DNA from: Synechococcus sp.
GTDB lineage: Bacteria > Cyanobacteriota > Cyanobacteriia > PCC-6307 > Cyanobiaceae
Direction: 5' to 3'
Length of the DNA stretch: 64,000 nt
Assembly (NCBI GenBank): GCA_047285805.1
Contig: JBJBCN010000003.1
Coordinates: forward strand, 480,001-544,000
Below, piece by piece: positions 8,625 through 19,310 of the stretch. Within the stretch, counting starts at the first letter, position 1. Each line of letters begins with the position of its first letter. Made by a program: the position numbers and the translations under genes. The notes under the pieces are model-generated. The model made no database searches. It was not told where the DNA came from and was given only the letters and a program-made list of their open reading frames with translations.

Positions 8625-10936
8625 GGAAGAATCGTCACCTTCTTCTTGGCGCAATCGAGGTGAACTCGATCAGCCATCGAAATCTTTCTGTAGAGAACTT
8701 CTCCAGTACCTATAACAGCCGGAAGCCCCAGCTCACCCGCACGAATAGCCATATGTGAATTAACCCCGCCCCAAGCTGTTACTAATCCCCCAATCCCGTA
8801 AGCAAAAAGCCAGTCATAACCCGGGTCTGCATGTGAAATGCATACAATCTTTCCTTCTAAAGCATTTGAATTATCTGCAAAGCACACTGATGAGACTATT
8901 TCTTTTTGACTTATAAAGTTTGGAATCGTTTCAGGCCACTCAAACTGCCATACATCTGAATGATCGACTATTAGGGGTGGAAGAGTCGTTCTGAGCGCTG
9001 CCTCATACTGGACACGCCCTTGTTCAATCGAAGTATTCAAAAGCTTGACGGGATCTGTCGCTGAAACTGCTAGTTCCTGGAAGGCCCTTATCTCACAGAA
9101 TGCAAGATCTTCACGACTGAAACCGTAGCTTTCTCCTACCTGCGAGACTAACTCAAGCGCATCTGAAAGATTCTTTGAAAATTCAAACTTTGCCAGTTCC
9201 CGCATCTCAATACCTGTTTGCATAAAGTCAAATAGACTCACTGCATCGATATCTAATTCATGAGTTGATAAAAGATGATTTAACTCTTTCATCTGATCTA
9301 AACGCAGAGAAAACGATTCTTCCTGATGGTTCTTGCCTATGTCAGCGTCCCAGTTAAAATAACGGTCCGGAGCTTGGTCGTATCGTGGCGACGTTATGTC
9401 ATAAGTCCCAGGTCTTAAATGACCATAACGACGCAGAAAATTGGATCGATCCAGAGTTGTCCGATCGCGAGTCAACTTCTTGCTAACAGTTGACAGAGAC
9501 TCCATGAACCTATCAGCATCTGATCTGGACAATATTCCCGTTGTCACTAGGGATTGCAACATCTGAACAGCTATAAAGCCAGCCCGAGCTAGTCCTGCGA
9601 ATGGTAATGTCCCATAACGTTTGCCGTCTTCAAGTAGCCAATATATTTTTTCTATGGGATGAGCATCGCCGTGCAAAATTTGATCCCGTCTTTCCTTAAG
9701 TCTCCCAATCTTCTTAGAATCATTTAGCCATAGCCCCTTTTTGGGGTGAACAATGGCATTAGTCAGATCCTTGAGACTTTCAGAAATCCGCAGACAATCG
9801 TCTTTCGAAAAACCGCTTTCGCTGAGAACATCTAATCGAGAATCAAGGTCAAAAGTATAGCACGAAAAAACTATCTCAAACTCGATCTTGTCGTGCAGTG
9901 CCGGTTGCTCAAGAAGCTTCCCGAGGTAGTAGTCAGCCAACCTTGTTGCAATATGCTCTTCTAGCGACGCAGGTATGAACGAGTTAAAAGATAGTCTTAC
10001 ATCTATGTACGGAAGTCCATAGAAATTAGGCATCAGGGGGAAGCTACGAAGGTTCCTATACCCATAGTTATGACGTTGGTAAGCCCATATTGAATCCGTT
10101 ACCATATCTCTATATAGGGACAAAGCTAAAGGCTGAGGACGCAGGCCAACTATTTCAGCCGGATTCCAGTCAGGCATTACTCCATAAACAGTTCTACTTC
10201 CTAGCAAGAAGGAATGCTTTTTCATTCCATCTCTTACCTTATCTTCAATAGACTTTAATCGCTTCTCCTGGCTCTCTTCAGATTCGGGGGTTCTAGCTAA
10301 GACCAGTGGTCGAACCTGAAGTAGCCAAGTCTCAGATTCCTCACGCTCTTGTGTAACTGCAAACTCGCAATCAATAGGCGAATCGTTGAATAGGTGAAGT
10401 AGCTCTTTGAGTAGACTTATTATTGGTGCTAAGGCCGGTAATGGCGCCAATTGGCTCTTAGAAGCCTGTTGCCATATACGACCTCCTTGCCCGCTAGTGA
10501 CAAACTCAGTATCATCTGAATCTGACCAGTTAACTACTCTATATGCTGATCCGTTCGCTGGATCGTGAGAAAAAGCAACACCGGAGCGTATTACATTCTT
10601 TAGCATCGGCTGTATTAGTACCTGATCAGCGTCATTCTCTCGACCATATGAGCTGAAAACATTATCTACCGACTCTTCTAGGTCCTTTCTCTCCACATTG
10701 GGCACTGACAGAAACGCACCAGCGTTAGAGGCGATGCGTGTGTCTTCAAGTCTGCAGCTAGACCGGACAATAAAGCTATTTGATCCATTCAAGGCCTTCA
10801 CTGCCTCATTGATCACGCTTTTCTTATTCTCTTTCCAGCTCTTTAGCGTCAATATATATGATTCCGGGACTCTCGCCGACATTAGTCGTGATCTGACGAG
10901 CTCCAGGTTGTCAGCTTTCGTAGAAAAGCTCACCAT
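8621..10936 (-). CDS. PEP-synthase/PPDK-like swivelling-His kinase (Cj1418-like L-glutamine kinase)
   Basis: N-terminal ATP-grasp IVRSS..ED...SNAGAFLS and LQVRPL; central GVMPDWNPAEIVGLRP, WAYQR.NYGYR, KRYGTLPFAG; C-terminal phospho-His domain GGVNSHMAIRAGELGLPAVIG. Confidence 0.9.
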   Translation of the reverse strand: MVSFSTKADNLELVRSRLMSARVPESYILTLKSWKENKKSVINEAVKALNGSNSFIVRSSCRLEDTRIASNAGAFLSVPNVERKDLEESVDNVFSSYGRENDADQVLIQPMLKNVIRSGVAFSHDPANGSAYRVVNWSDSDDTEFVTSGQGGRIWQQASKSQLAPLPALAPIISLLKELLHLFNDSPIDCEFAVTQEREESETWLLQVRPLVLARTPESEESQEKRLKSIEDKVRDGMKKHSFLLGSRTVYGVMPDWNPAEIVGLRPQPLALSLYRDMVTDSIWAYQRHNYGYRNLRSFPLMPNFYGLPYIDVRLSFNSFIPASLEEHIATRLADYYLGKLLEQPALHDKIEFEIVFSCYTFDLDSRLDVLSESGFSKDDCLRISESLKDLTNAIVHPKKGLWLNDSKKIGRLKERRDQILHGDAHPIEKIYWLLEDGKRYGTLPFAGLARAGFIAVQMLQSLVTTGILSRSDADRFMESLSTVSKKLTRDRTTLDRSNFLRRYGHLRPGTYDITSPRYDQAPDRYFNWDADIGKNHQEESFSLRLDQMKELNHLLSTHELDIDAVSLFDFMQTGIEMRELAKFEFSKNLSDALELVSQVGESYGFSREDLAFCEIRAFQELAVSATDPVKLLNTSIEQGRVQYEAALRTTLPPLIVDHSDVWQFEWPETIPNFISQKEIVSSVCFADNSNALEGKIVCISHADPGYDWLFAYGIGGLVTAWGGVNSHMAIRAGELGLPAVIGTGEVLYRKISMADRVHLDCAKKKVTILP

Positions 10937-10940
10937 GTTT

Positions 10941-11714
10941 CTACTTCTTAACTCTTGCTGACCAGGCTCGAGTTAGGTATGTAGCATTTATGCATTCTAA
11001 GCTACTAACCTTTTCCTCTACATACTGCATGAATTCCTCGAATGAGTTGGGCCCTAGCTGAACTCTTAGGTCATTAACAGATCTCCACGCTGTCAAATAT
11101 CTTTCAGTGCTCATCGCAATCTCATGAGTGGCTTCCATGTAGATAACATCCTCAAAGAGTCGAGACTCCCTAAGTCTTTGCGTCAATGACTCGGTCATGC
11201 CTGATCTGCCAGATGAAACGCGTCTCACAGAAGGCTTGATGACTTTGATCTGTGCTTCAATTTCGACTAAAAGTGGGTTGGCTTCAATGAGTCGTGGGTT
11301 CCAAACAGCTGTGAAAACACCTTCTGGTTTTAAAACCCTATAAAATTCTTGTGTTGCAGTTTCAAAATCTGCCCAGTGAAAGCTTGACGCCATACTCACC
11401 CAATCACTACTTGATGACGGCAGCCCTGTATGCTCGGCAGAGCCTTTAAGCCACTGAATCTGCTTACCTGCGCTATCTAAGATCCCTGCATCTCTCATAT
11501 CATCATTTGGCTCGACAGCCGTGGAGGAATAAACACCCTTAGAGGCAACCATCCGTGTCCATATTCCAGTCCCTGCACCAATATCAGTAAAAGCAATATC
11601 TGACACCTGCTTACCTGTATATCCAATTATGGAACTGATTACCGAATCGCTGTAGTTGGGGCGGCTAGATGAGTAACTGGAGGCAAGCCCAGTGAAATCA
11701 GCATGCTTTAGCAT
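10941..11714 (-). CDS. class I SAM methyltransferase (Cj1419-like candidate phosphoramidate O-methyltransferase)
   Basis: DFT.LA..Y..RP.YS, DIGAGTG, AVEPNDDMR, MASSFHW, FTAVWNPR, RVSSG, AWRSVND, RAWSAR; ATG at 11714. Confidence 0.85.
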   Translation of the reverse strand: MLKHADFTGLASSYSSSRPNYSDSVISSIIGYTGKQVSDIAFTDIGAGTGIWTRMVASKGVYSSTAVEPNDDMRDAGILDSAGKQIQWLKGSAEHTGLPSSSSDWVSMASSFHWADFETATQEFYRVLKPEGVFTAVWNPRLIEANPLLVEIEAQIKVIKPSVRRVSSGRSGMTESLTQRLRESRLFEDVIYMEATHEIAMSTERYLTAWRSVNDLRVQLGPNSFEEFMQYVEEKVSSLECINATYLTRAWSARVKK

Positions 11715-12297
11715 TGTGCGATTTAACCCAACGTTCAATTGACTTTATCATTGATTCTGCGACCTTTACTGCGTTGCTCTCTGCATTGAACTCAAGCTCC
11801 CAGTTTGGATGCTTGGGTTCATCTACAGGCAGGTCCAATCCTGCAACATTGGATAATTCACCAGATCGGAAGCGTTTGTATATGTCTTTGGGATCCCTCT
11901 CTTCTAGTTTCTGGAGCGGGACCTTTAGGTACGCCTCGAAATAATTTGCAATATTCTCCCTGTTCCATGAATATACTTCTTCGAACATAGATATAGTCGC
12001 TATTATCACAACGACTCCTTGGGAGGCTAGGAGCCTGCACAGCCGCGAATAGCTTCTCGCTAGCGACAATCTCTCTGATCGCATGTGTGCATCGCCTGTG
12101 TCTGTTGATCCAAAGACCTCTCTGAGCTCGTCGCCATCGAGGCGCACCACGCATTTCCCTAGTCCAATGTAGTGATCGGCTACTAGCTTTGCCGTTGTTG
12201 ACTTTCCAGCACCTGATAATCCTGTTATCCAAATCACGAGGCCTTCCTCCTTCTCTGAACTCGGACTTGTTTCCTTCTTTGTTTTTAGTGCTTTCAT
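11698..12297 (-). CDS. adenylyl-sulfate-kinase-fold P-loop kinase (Cj1415-like cytidine diphosphoramidate 3'-kinase)
   Basis: IWITGLSGAGKST, LDGDELRE, ATISMF (instead of the usual APS-kinase ISP motif), ERDPKDIY. Confidence 0.8.
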   Translation of the reverse strand: MKALKTKKETSPSSEKEEGLVIWITGLSGAGKSTTAKLVADHYIGLGKCVVRLDGDELREVFGSTDTGDAHMRSERLSLARSYSRLCRLLASQGVVVIIATISMFEEVYSWNRENIANYFEAYLKVPLQKLEERDPKDIYKRFRSGELSNVAGLDLPVDEPKHPNWELEFNAESNAVKVAESMIKSIERWVKSHNAKAC

Positions 12298-13301
12298 GCT
12301 GTGGTTTGCCCAGGTTTTCCTGCTGTCGAATAGCTGATTGGCGCATACTAACGTCTAGCGGTGTCAAGTTAACTTTCAATCTTGGTTTGTCGCCATCTTT
12401 ATTCTTCTCTGACCCAGTGGGTGTGTTGCATAGTTGCTGTGCTTGTCGTTACTAGCATTCAAGGTTATGAGTATGTTTTACTTGGGCTTTCTCATTGATC
12501 GTGATATTAGCGTGTCTATGTGCTTAAGCCCTTTTGAGCTTTGCCTCTACGCCTTTATCCGTATTGACGCTCTTTGAACATATGACTTTCGCTTTCGAGC
12601 AAAGTATGTCGTCAAGAGTTCTTGTGTTTATCTCCGTCTGTCTCCATGAGCATGCAAATAGTTCCTGATGTTTTTACCTCAACTTCCAGGCTGAGCAGAC
12701 TTTGTCACTGATTGAGCGACTTGCCTTGACTCCTTGGTTGATTTAGTGCCTTGTTGTGTGATCTGTGTTTGTTGTCGCAAGTGTCTAGGCTAAAAGCATC
12801 GGAACTTCTGTTTCTTGACCAACAGCATTGTATAGACACGGAGAGCTTTGGCTTGAGCGATGTTGGTGCTTAGTCAGTGTGTGACTATCCCCTGCGCCGC
12901 ATTAGTTGCTTTGCTGCCTCAATCTCTTCATTCCCAGTCGCAAGGTGGAGCTGATGTATTATTTATGCAATCGCCCTTGTTAGAAGTCTTCCCTAGTATT
13001 TCTGCGGCCATCCGTTCAGCATTTGCATCCTGCGAGATCGCTTCTCACTCTTTGCTTAAGCAAGCAGTTTGAACTTACACTAATCCTGGTTGGGCTTGTG
13101 GGCGTCACCACAAAGCACTTCCTGCTGATATCTACAAGTAGTCCGAGTCACTATGTGTGGCCGCAAGTACTGATGCATGCAGATCAAGATCACGGTGCGG
13201 GATCTTGAAGGATTCTAGTAAGTTCTGGCTGAGCAGCAGCGCAACAGACCATTGCAGCCGCTTAAGCTCAAACACCTCTTTCAGCTAAACATTCTGGGCA
13301 T

Positions 13302-13328
13302 TAGGCCGGCTCTTTTAGTGCCGGCCTA
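13302..13328. repeat. inverted repeat/hairpin near the island right edge
   Basis: TAGGCCGGC-9 nt-GCCGGCCTA perfect 9-bp stem. Confidence 0.6.
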
Positions 13329-13364
13329 CCAATGTTGTCTGACACAGGAGCGGTTGAATTGCTC

Positions 13365-13391
13365 AAAAAAAGCCCCGCCATTGGCGGGGCT
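13365..13391 (-). terminator. rho-independent terminator of tktA
   Basis: AGCCCCGCC/GGCGGGGCT stem followed by a T-run on the minus strand. Confidence 0.85.
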
Positions 13392-13420
13392 AGAGGATAC
13401 CAACGCTTTGATCTAGTAGA

Positions 13421-15424
13421 TCAGTCCAGAGCTTTCGCTTTGGCAACCACGTTCTCGACGGTGAATCCGAACTTCTCCATGAGGAGAGGACCAGGAGCGG
13501 AAGCTCCGAAGCGATCGATGGAGACGGTGTCGCCTTCGAATCCGGTGAACTTGTGCCAGCCGAAGCTGCTGGAGGCTTCGACCACCAGGCGTTTGCGGCA
13601 GGAGGTTGGCAGCACGCTCTCGCGGTAGGCGGTGTCCTGCTCTTCGAACAGATCCACGCAGGGCATAGAAACGACGCGGACGTTCTTGCCTTCGGCGCGC
13701 AGCTGGGCAGCAGCCTTAACGCAGAGGTCGAGCTCGGTACCGGTGCCGATCAGGATCAGTTCAGGGGTGCCGTTGCTGTCCTCAAGGATGTAACCACCCT
13801 TGGCGACGTGGTCAGCGTTTGAGTTGGCCTGGTTGGCCATCGCCTGACGGCTAAGGAACATCACGGTCGGGCGGTTACGGTTTGCCACGGCAACCTTGTA
13901 GGCACCGCTGGTTTCGTTGCCGTCACCAGGGCGGATCACCAGCATGTTCGGGATCGAACGCAGGCTGGCAAGGGTCTCGATCGGCTGGTGGGTGGGGCCG
14001 TCTTCACCCAGACCGATCGAGTCGTGGGTCAGGACATAGATCACGCCCAGTTCACTCAGGGCGGACAGGCGCATCGCGCCCATCATGTAGCCAGCAAAGA
14101 CGCAGAAGGTGCCTCCGTAGGGGACTAGGCCGCTGCCGTGATAGGCGAGGCCGTTCAGGATGGCTCCCATGGCGTGCTCTCGCACACCGAAGTGCAGGTA
14201 GCGGTTGCTCTCGGCACCCTTCTGGAAGCCAGACTCACCCTTGATGTCGGTGAGGTTGGAGTGGGTCAGGTCTGCGGAGCCACCGATCAGCTCGGGCAGG
14301 TTGGGGCCGATTGCATTCAGGCAGTTGTAGGAATGCATGCGGGTCGCCACACCCTTGTCGTCAGGGGTGTAGCTGGGCAGATTGGAGTCCCATCCCTGGG
14401 GCAGCTCACCACGCAGCTGACGCTCGAACTGAGCGGCTTCAGTGGGGTACTTGCTGCGGTAGTCAGCCAGGGTGGCGTTCCATTCGGCTTCAGCGGTTGC
14501 ACCACGCTCGATGGCCTTACGCCACTGCTCGTAGGACTCCTGGGGAACTTCGAATTCGCCGTAGTTCCAACCCAGGTTCTGGCGGGTCGCGACGGCTTCC
14601 TCAGCACCGAGAGCGGCACCGTGTACACCAGCGGTGTTGGCCTTGTTGGGGGAGCCGTAGCCGATGGTGGTGGTTACCTTAATCATCGAGGGACGATCGG
14701 TGACGGCCTTGGCTTCTTCAATGGCCTTGGCAATCGCACCCAGGTCGGTGTTGCCGTCGGTGACGTGGATGGTGTGCCAGCCGTAGGCCTCGTAGCGCTT
14801 CAGCACATCCTCGGTGAAGGAAACGTTGGTGTTTCCGTCGATGGTGATGTGGTTGTCGTCGTATAGGGCGATCAGCTTGCCCAGGCCCAGGTGACCGGCC
14901 AGCGAAGCGGCTTCACCGCTGACACCTTCCTGGTGGCAACCGTCGCCCATGATCACGTAGGTGGTGTGATCAACCAGCGTGCAATCGGGCTTGTTGAACT
15001 TGGCCGCCAGGTGTGCCTCGGCCATGGCCAGGCCGACAGCGTTGGCGATGCCCTGACCTAGAGGACCGGTGGTCACTTCGACGCCGGCGGTCTCGAAGGT
15101 TTCGGGGTGACCCGGGGTCTTGGAGCCCCACTGGCGGAATTGCTTGATGTCCTCGATCGTGACCGAGTCGTACCCGCTCAGGTGCAGCAGCGCGTACAGC
15201 AGCATGCAGCCGTGGCCGGCGGACAGCACGAAGCGGTCACGATTGAACCACTTGGGGTTCTTCGGATTGTGCTTGAGGAACTTGTCCCACAGGGTGTAGG
15301 CCATGGGAGCGCAACCCATGGGCAGGCCGGGGTGACCGGAGTTGCTCTTGTTGATCGCGTCGACGGCCAGGAAGCGAATGCTGTTGACGCAAAGCGTGTC
15401 GACGGAAGCGGGAGCGACGACCAT
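13421..15424 (-). CDS. tktA: transketolase
   Basis: [31 protein letters not shown] motif, [16 protein letters not shown]. Confidence 0.98.
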   Translation of the reverse strand: MVVAPASVDTLCVNSIRFLAVDAINKSNSGHPGLPMGCAPMAYTLWDKFLKHNPKNPKWFNRDRFVLSAGHGCMLLYALLHLSGYDSVTIEDIKQFRQWGSKTPGHPETFETAGVEVTTGPLGQGIANAVGLAMAEAHLAAKFNKPDCTLVDHTTYVIMGDGCHQEGVSGEAASLAGHLGLGKLIALYDDNHITIDGNTNVSFTEDVLKRYEAYGWHTIHVTDGNTDLGAIAKAIEEAKAVTDRPSMIKVTTTIGYGSPNKANTAGVHGAALGAEEAVATRQNLGWNYGEFEVPQESYEQWRKAIERGATAEAEWNATLADYRSKYPTEAAQFERQLRGELPQGWDSNLPSYTPDDKGVATRMHSYNCLNAIGPNLPELIGGSADLTHSNLTDIKGESGFQKGAESNRYLHFGVREHAMGAILNGLAYHGSGLVPYGGTFCVFAGYMMGAMRLSALSELGVIYVLTHDSIGLGEDGPTHQPIETLASLRSIPNMLVIRPGDGNETSGAYKVAVANRNRPTVMFLSRQAMANQANSNADHVAKGGYILEDSNGTPELILIGTGTELDLCVKAAAQLRAEGKNVRVVSMPCVDLFEEQDTAYRESVLPTSCRKRLVVEASSSFGWHKFTGFEGDTVSIDRFGASAPGPLLMEKFGFTVENVVAKAKALD

Positions 15425-15468
15425 GGGTTACGGGTAAGGGAATGGTGTACGGGCGGGCAGACCGCGGG

Positions 15469-16716
15469 TTAGTGGAACCGGCGGAATGCCAGGCAAACGT
15501 TGTGTCCGCCGAACCCAAAGGAATTCGAGAGCACCACGTTCAGTTTGTGTTCCCGAGCCTGATTGGGAACGACATCCAGATCACAGGCAGGATCCGGATT
15601 TTGGTAATTGATCGTAGGCGGGACCAGATTGTGGCCAATCGCCAGGACCCCAGCAACGGCTTCAATGCCTCCGCTGCCGCCCAACAGATGTCCTGTCATC
15701 GACTTGGTCGAGCTCACAGGAATCTGTTTGGCCCGCTCCCCAAGGGAGGACTTGATGGCGGAGGACTCGTTGGAGTCGTTCGCCGGGGTGCTGGTGCCGT
15801 GGGCGTTGACGTAATCGACCGCTTCCGCCTCGATGCGCGCGTCCTGCAGGGCAAGGCGCATTGCATCAGCGCCGCCCACGCCGCCTGGGGTGGGGGAGGT
15901 GATGTGGTGGGCGTCGCAGGTCATGCCATAGCCCACAACCTCCGCGAGGATCGCGGCGCCGCGGGCCTTGGCGTGGTCCAGGCTTTCGAGGACGAGCACA
16001 CCGGCACCCTCGCCGATGACAAAGCCATCCCGTTCCGCGTCGAAGGGGCGACTCGCTGTCGTCGGATCATCGTTGCGGAAGGACAGTGCCTTGGCGCTGG
16101 CGAAGCCGGCGACGCCTAGTGGGGTGATGGCTGATTCGGCGCCACCGCAAACCATGGCGTCGGCTTGACCCAGCTGGATCAGGCGAAAGGCATCACCGAT
16201 GGCGTTGGAGCCTGCGGCACAGGCCGTTGCCACGGTGCTGCTCGGGCCCTTCGCGCCGATGGCGATCGCCGTCAGGCCGGTGGCCATGTTCGGAATCATC
16301 ATCGGCACCGTGAAAGGGCTGACCCGTGAAGGGCCCTTGCCTTCGAGCACGTGGGCCTGGGTCTCCATCATCAGCAGGCCGCCCACGCCCGAACCGATGG
16401 CGGTTCCAATGCGGTGTGCGTTGCTGTCATCAATGGTCAAACCGGCTTGGGCAATGGCCTGCTTGGCGGCAACGACGCCGAACTGACAGAACCGATCCCA
16501 GCGCTTGCTTTCTTTGGGCTCGATGTAGGCGGAGGGATCGAAATCCTTCACCTCAGCCGCAAAACGGCAGGCATGGGCAGATGCATCGAACAGGGTGATC
16601 GGTGCCACCCCGTTGCGACCACTGCTTAGTCCTTCCCAATAGGAAGTGACGTCATTCCCAATCGGTGTGACCGCGCCAAGGCCGGTGACGACGACGCGGC
16701 AGAGACCCTCCACCAT
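15469..16716 (-). CDS. fabF: 3-oxoacyl-ACP synthase II
   Basis: RVVVTGLG, TACAAG (Cys), NAHGTST, STKSMTGHLLG, SNSFGFGGHN. Confidence 0.97.
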   Translation of the reverse strand: MVEGLCRVVVTGLGAVTPIGNDVTSYWEGLSSGRNGVAPITLFDASAHACRFAAEVKDFDPSAYIEPKESKRWDRFCQFGVVAAKQAIAQAGLTIDDSNAHRIGTAIGSGVGGLLMMETQAHVLEGKGPSRVSPFTVPMMIPNMATGLTAIAIGAKGPSSTVATACAAGSNAIGDAFRLIQLGQADAMVCGGAESAITPLGVAGFASAKALSFRNDDPTTASRPFDAERDGFVIGEGAGVLVLESLDHAKARGAAILAEVVGYGMTCDAHHITSPTPGGVGGADAMRLALQDARIEAEAVDYVNAHGTSTPANDSNESSAIKSSLGERAKQIPVSSTKSMTGHLLGGSGGIEAVAGVLAIGHNLVPPTINYQNPDPACDLDVVPNQAREHKLNVVLSNSFGFGGHNVCLAFRRFH

Positions 16717-16727
16717 CAATTCCTTCC

Positions 16728-16970
16728 TCAGGCCTGCTTGTCCTGGATGTACTTGACGGCGTCGCCCACGGTGGCGATGCCTTCAGCGGCCTCGTCAGGG
16801 ATCTCGATATCGAAGGCCTCTTCCAGGGCCATAACGAGTTCAACGGTGTCGAGGGAGTCAGCGCCCAGATCGTTCTGGAAGTTGGATTCAGGCTTGACCT
16901 CGCCGGCATCAACGCTCAGCTGCTCAACAACGATCGAGCGGACTTTCTCGAAGATCGCTTCCTGGGACAT
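16728..16970 (-). CDS. acpP: acyl carrier protein
   Basis: [18 protein letters not shown]. Confidence 0.98.
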   Translation of the reverse strand: MSQEAIFEKVRSIVVEQLSVDAGEVKPESNFQNDLGADSLDTVELVMALEEAFDIEIPDEAAEGIATVGDAVKYIQDKQA

Positions 16971-17037
16971 GGCCGGAGTGACGGACGCCGCATCCTACGG
17001 GTATGTGTGCCAGGCGGCCCCGTATGAACAAGGGTGA

Positions 17038-17352
<315 letters not shown>

Positions 17353-17372
17353 GCCCGCCTCCCATAAGCTCG

Positions 17373-17396
17373 AGCCCGGCCCAGCCGGGCTTTTTT
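17373..17396 (+). terminator. rho-independent terminator after psaC
   Basis: AGCCCGGC-CCA-GCCGGGCT plus T-run. Confidence 0.85.
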
Positions 17397-17412
17397 ATTG
17401 GTTCCAGACGCT

Positions 17413-19305
17413 ATGTGCGGCATCGTTGCGGTGATTGGTTCGCGCGAAGCGGCACCGCTCCTGTTGGAGGGTCTGCGTCAGCTCGAATACCGGGGCTACG
17501 ACTCCGCCGGCATTGCCACAGTCACTTCGGAGTCTGGGTTGACTTGTCTGCGTGCTGAGGGCAAGCTCGCGAACCTCACCGCCCGTTTTGATGGCCAAGG
17601 GGCCCAAGGGCAATGCGGCATCGGTCACACCCGCTGGGCGACCCACGGCAAGCCGGAGGAGCGCAACGCCCACCCGCATCTCGACGGTCCAGGCCGCCTT
17701 GCGGTGGTGCAGAACGGGATAATCGAGAACTACCGAAGCTTGCGTGAAGAGCTCAATGCCAATGGGGTTGTCTTCCGCTCGGACACCGACACTGAGGTCA
17801 TTCCCCATCTGTTGAGCCAGGAGCTCGATGGCCTGGAGGCATCTGGCCAGACCCCTTCTCCGCAGCTCTTGCTTGCGGCAGTGCAAGCCGTGTTGCCTCG
17901 CCTTCATGGGGCCTATGCCCTCGCTGTGGTTTGGGCGGCCCTTCCTGGGGCGCTGGTGGTGGCTCGCAAGGCGGCGCCCCTACTGATTGGCCTTGGGGAA
18001 GGGGAATTCCTATGTGCCAGCGACACCCCCGCCCTGGCCGGCTTCACCCGCACCATCTTGCCGATGGAAGACGGGGAAGTGGCCCTCCTGACCCCCTTGG
18101 GGATTGAGCTCTATGACGAAGCCAGAGAGCGGGTTCAGCGGGCGCCGACGCTTCTGAGTGGGAGTGACCATGTGGCGGACAAGCGCAGCTTCCGTCACTT
18201 CATGCTCAAGGAAATCCATGAGCAGCCCGAGACCGCCGCGCTGTGGGTCGCGCGCCATCTGCCGGAGGCTTCAGCGCGGGTGGCTCTGCCCCTGGATGAG
18301 AGCGTCTTCGAAGGAATCGAACGCATCCAAGTCCTCGCCTGTGGCACCAGCCGCCACGCCGCCCTGGTGGGGGCCTATCTCCTGGAGCAGCTGGCCGGAA
18401 TCCCCACCAGCGTCTTCTATGCCAGCGAATTCCGCTACGCCCCGCCCCCGCTCGCGCCGAACACTCTCACCATCGGTGTGACTCAGTCGGGCGAAACCGC
18501 CGACACCCTGGCGGCCCTGGCGATGGAGCAGGAAAGGCGCCGTGCCGTCGTCGATCCGGCATATGCACCTCGCCTGCTCGGAATCACCAACCGCCCGGAA
18601 AGCTCCCTGGGCCGGATGGTCGATCAAATTCTCGACATCGGCGCCGGCATTGAGGTGGGTGTGGCGGCCACCAAGACTTTTCTCGGTCAGCTCTTGGCCT
18701 TCTACGGAGTGGCCATTGCTTTTGCCGAGCGCCGCTCAGGCCGGCCTGGAGTGCTGGGCGCGGATGCCGCGCAAAAGCTGATCGCTGGTCTGCGGGAGCT
18801 ACCCCAGCAGCTGCGCAGCTTGGTCGATGACCACGACAGCCGCTGCGAGCAGATGGCCCATCTGTTCGCGGACACCCAGGACATGATTTTCCTGGGACGG
18901 GGAATCAACTACCCGATCGCCCTCGAGGGAGCCCTGAAGCTCAAGGAAATCAGCTACATCCATGCCGAGGGTTATCCCGCCGGTGAGATGAAGCACGGCC
19001 CGATTGCCCTTTTGGATGCTCGGGTGCCAGTCGTCTCGATCGCCGTGCCGGGGACTGTCTTCGAAAAGGTGCTCAGCAATGCCCAGGAGGCCAAGGCCAG
19101 GGATGCCCAGTTGGTGGGGGTTGCCCCGAACTGTCCCGATGCTGAGCTCTTCGACACCCTGCTGCCCGTGCCGGAGGTCGACGAGCTGCTGAGCCCGCTG
19201 CTGACAGTCCTGCCGATGCAACTGCTCAGCTATCACATCGCAGCCCACCGTGGGCTGGATGTCGATCAGCCCCGCAACCTCGCCAAGAGCGTGACGGTGG
19301 AGTAG
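17413..19305 (+). CDS. glmS: glutamine--fructose-6-phosphate aminotransferase
   Basis: MCGIV start, GHTRWATHG, SIS domains, PRNLAKSVTVE end. Confidence 0.98.
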   Translation: MCGIVAVIGSREAAPLLLEGLRQLEYRGYDSAGIATVTSESGLTCLRAEGKLANLTARFDGQGAQGQCGIGHTRWATHGKPEERNAHPHLDGPGRLAVVQNGIIENYRSLREELNANGVVFRSDTDTEVIPHLLSQELDGLEASGQTPSPQLLLAAVQAVLPRLHGAYALAVVWAALPGALVVARKAAPLLIGLGEGEFLCASDTPALAGFTRTILPMEDGEVALLTPLGIELYDEARERVQRAPTLLSGSDHVADKRSFRHFMLKEIHEQPETAALWVARHLPEASARVALPLDESVFEGIERIQVLACGTSRHAALVGAYLLEQLAGIPTSVFYASEFRYAPPPLAPNTLTIGVTQSGETADTLAALAMEQERRRAVVDPAYAPRLLGITNRPESSLGRMVDQILDIGAGIEVGVAATKTFLGQLLAFYGVAIAFAERRSGRPGVLGADAAQKLIAGLRELPQQLRSLVDDHDSRCEQMAHLFADTQDMIFLGRGINYPIALEGALKLKEISYIHAEGYPAGEMKHGPIALLDARVPVVSIAVPGTVFEKVLSNAQEAKARDAQLVGVAPNCPDAELFDTLLPVPEVDELLSPLLTVLPMQLLSYHIAAHRGLDVDQPRNLAKSVTVE

Positions 19306-19310
19306 CGCCC

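Noticed and set aside
8621..10936. PEP synthase/pyruvate phosphate dikinase or a phosphonate pathway
   Set aside because: No C-terminal PEP/pyruvate TIM-barrel (the His domain is terminal) and no PEP mutase in the cluster.
11698..12297. Calling this gene cysC (true APS kinase) feeding a sulfation pathway with the sulfotransferase-like ORF
   Set aside because: No ATP sulfurylase nearby, motif variants (DGDELRE, TISMF) fit the Cj1415 type, and the neighbours are Cj1416-1419-like. It remains a less likely alternative.
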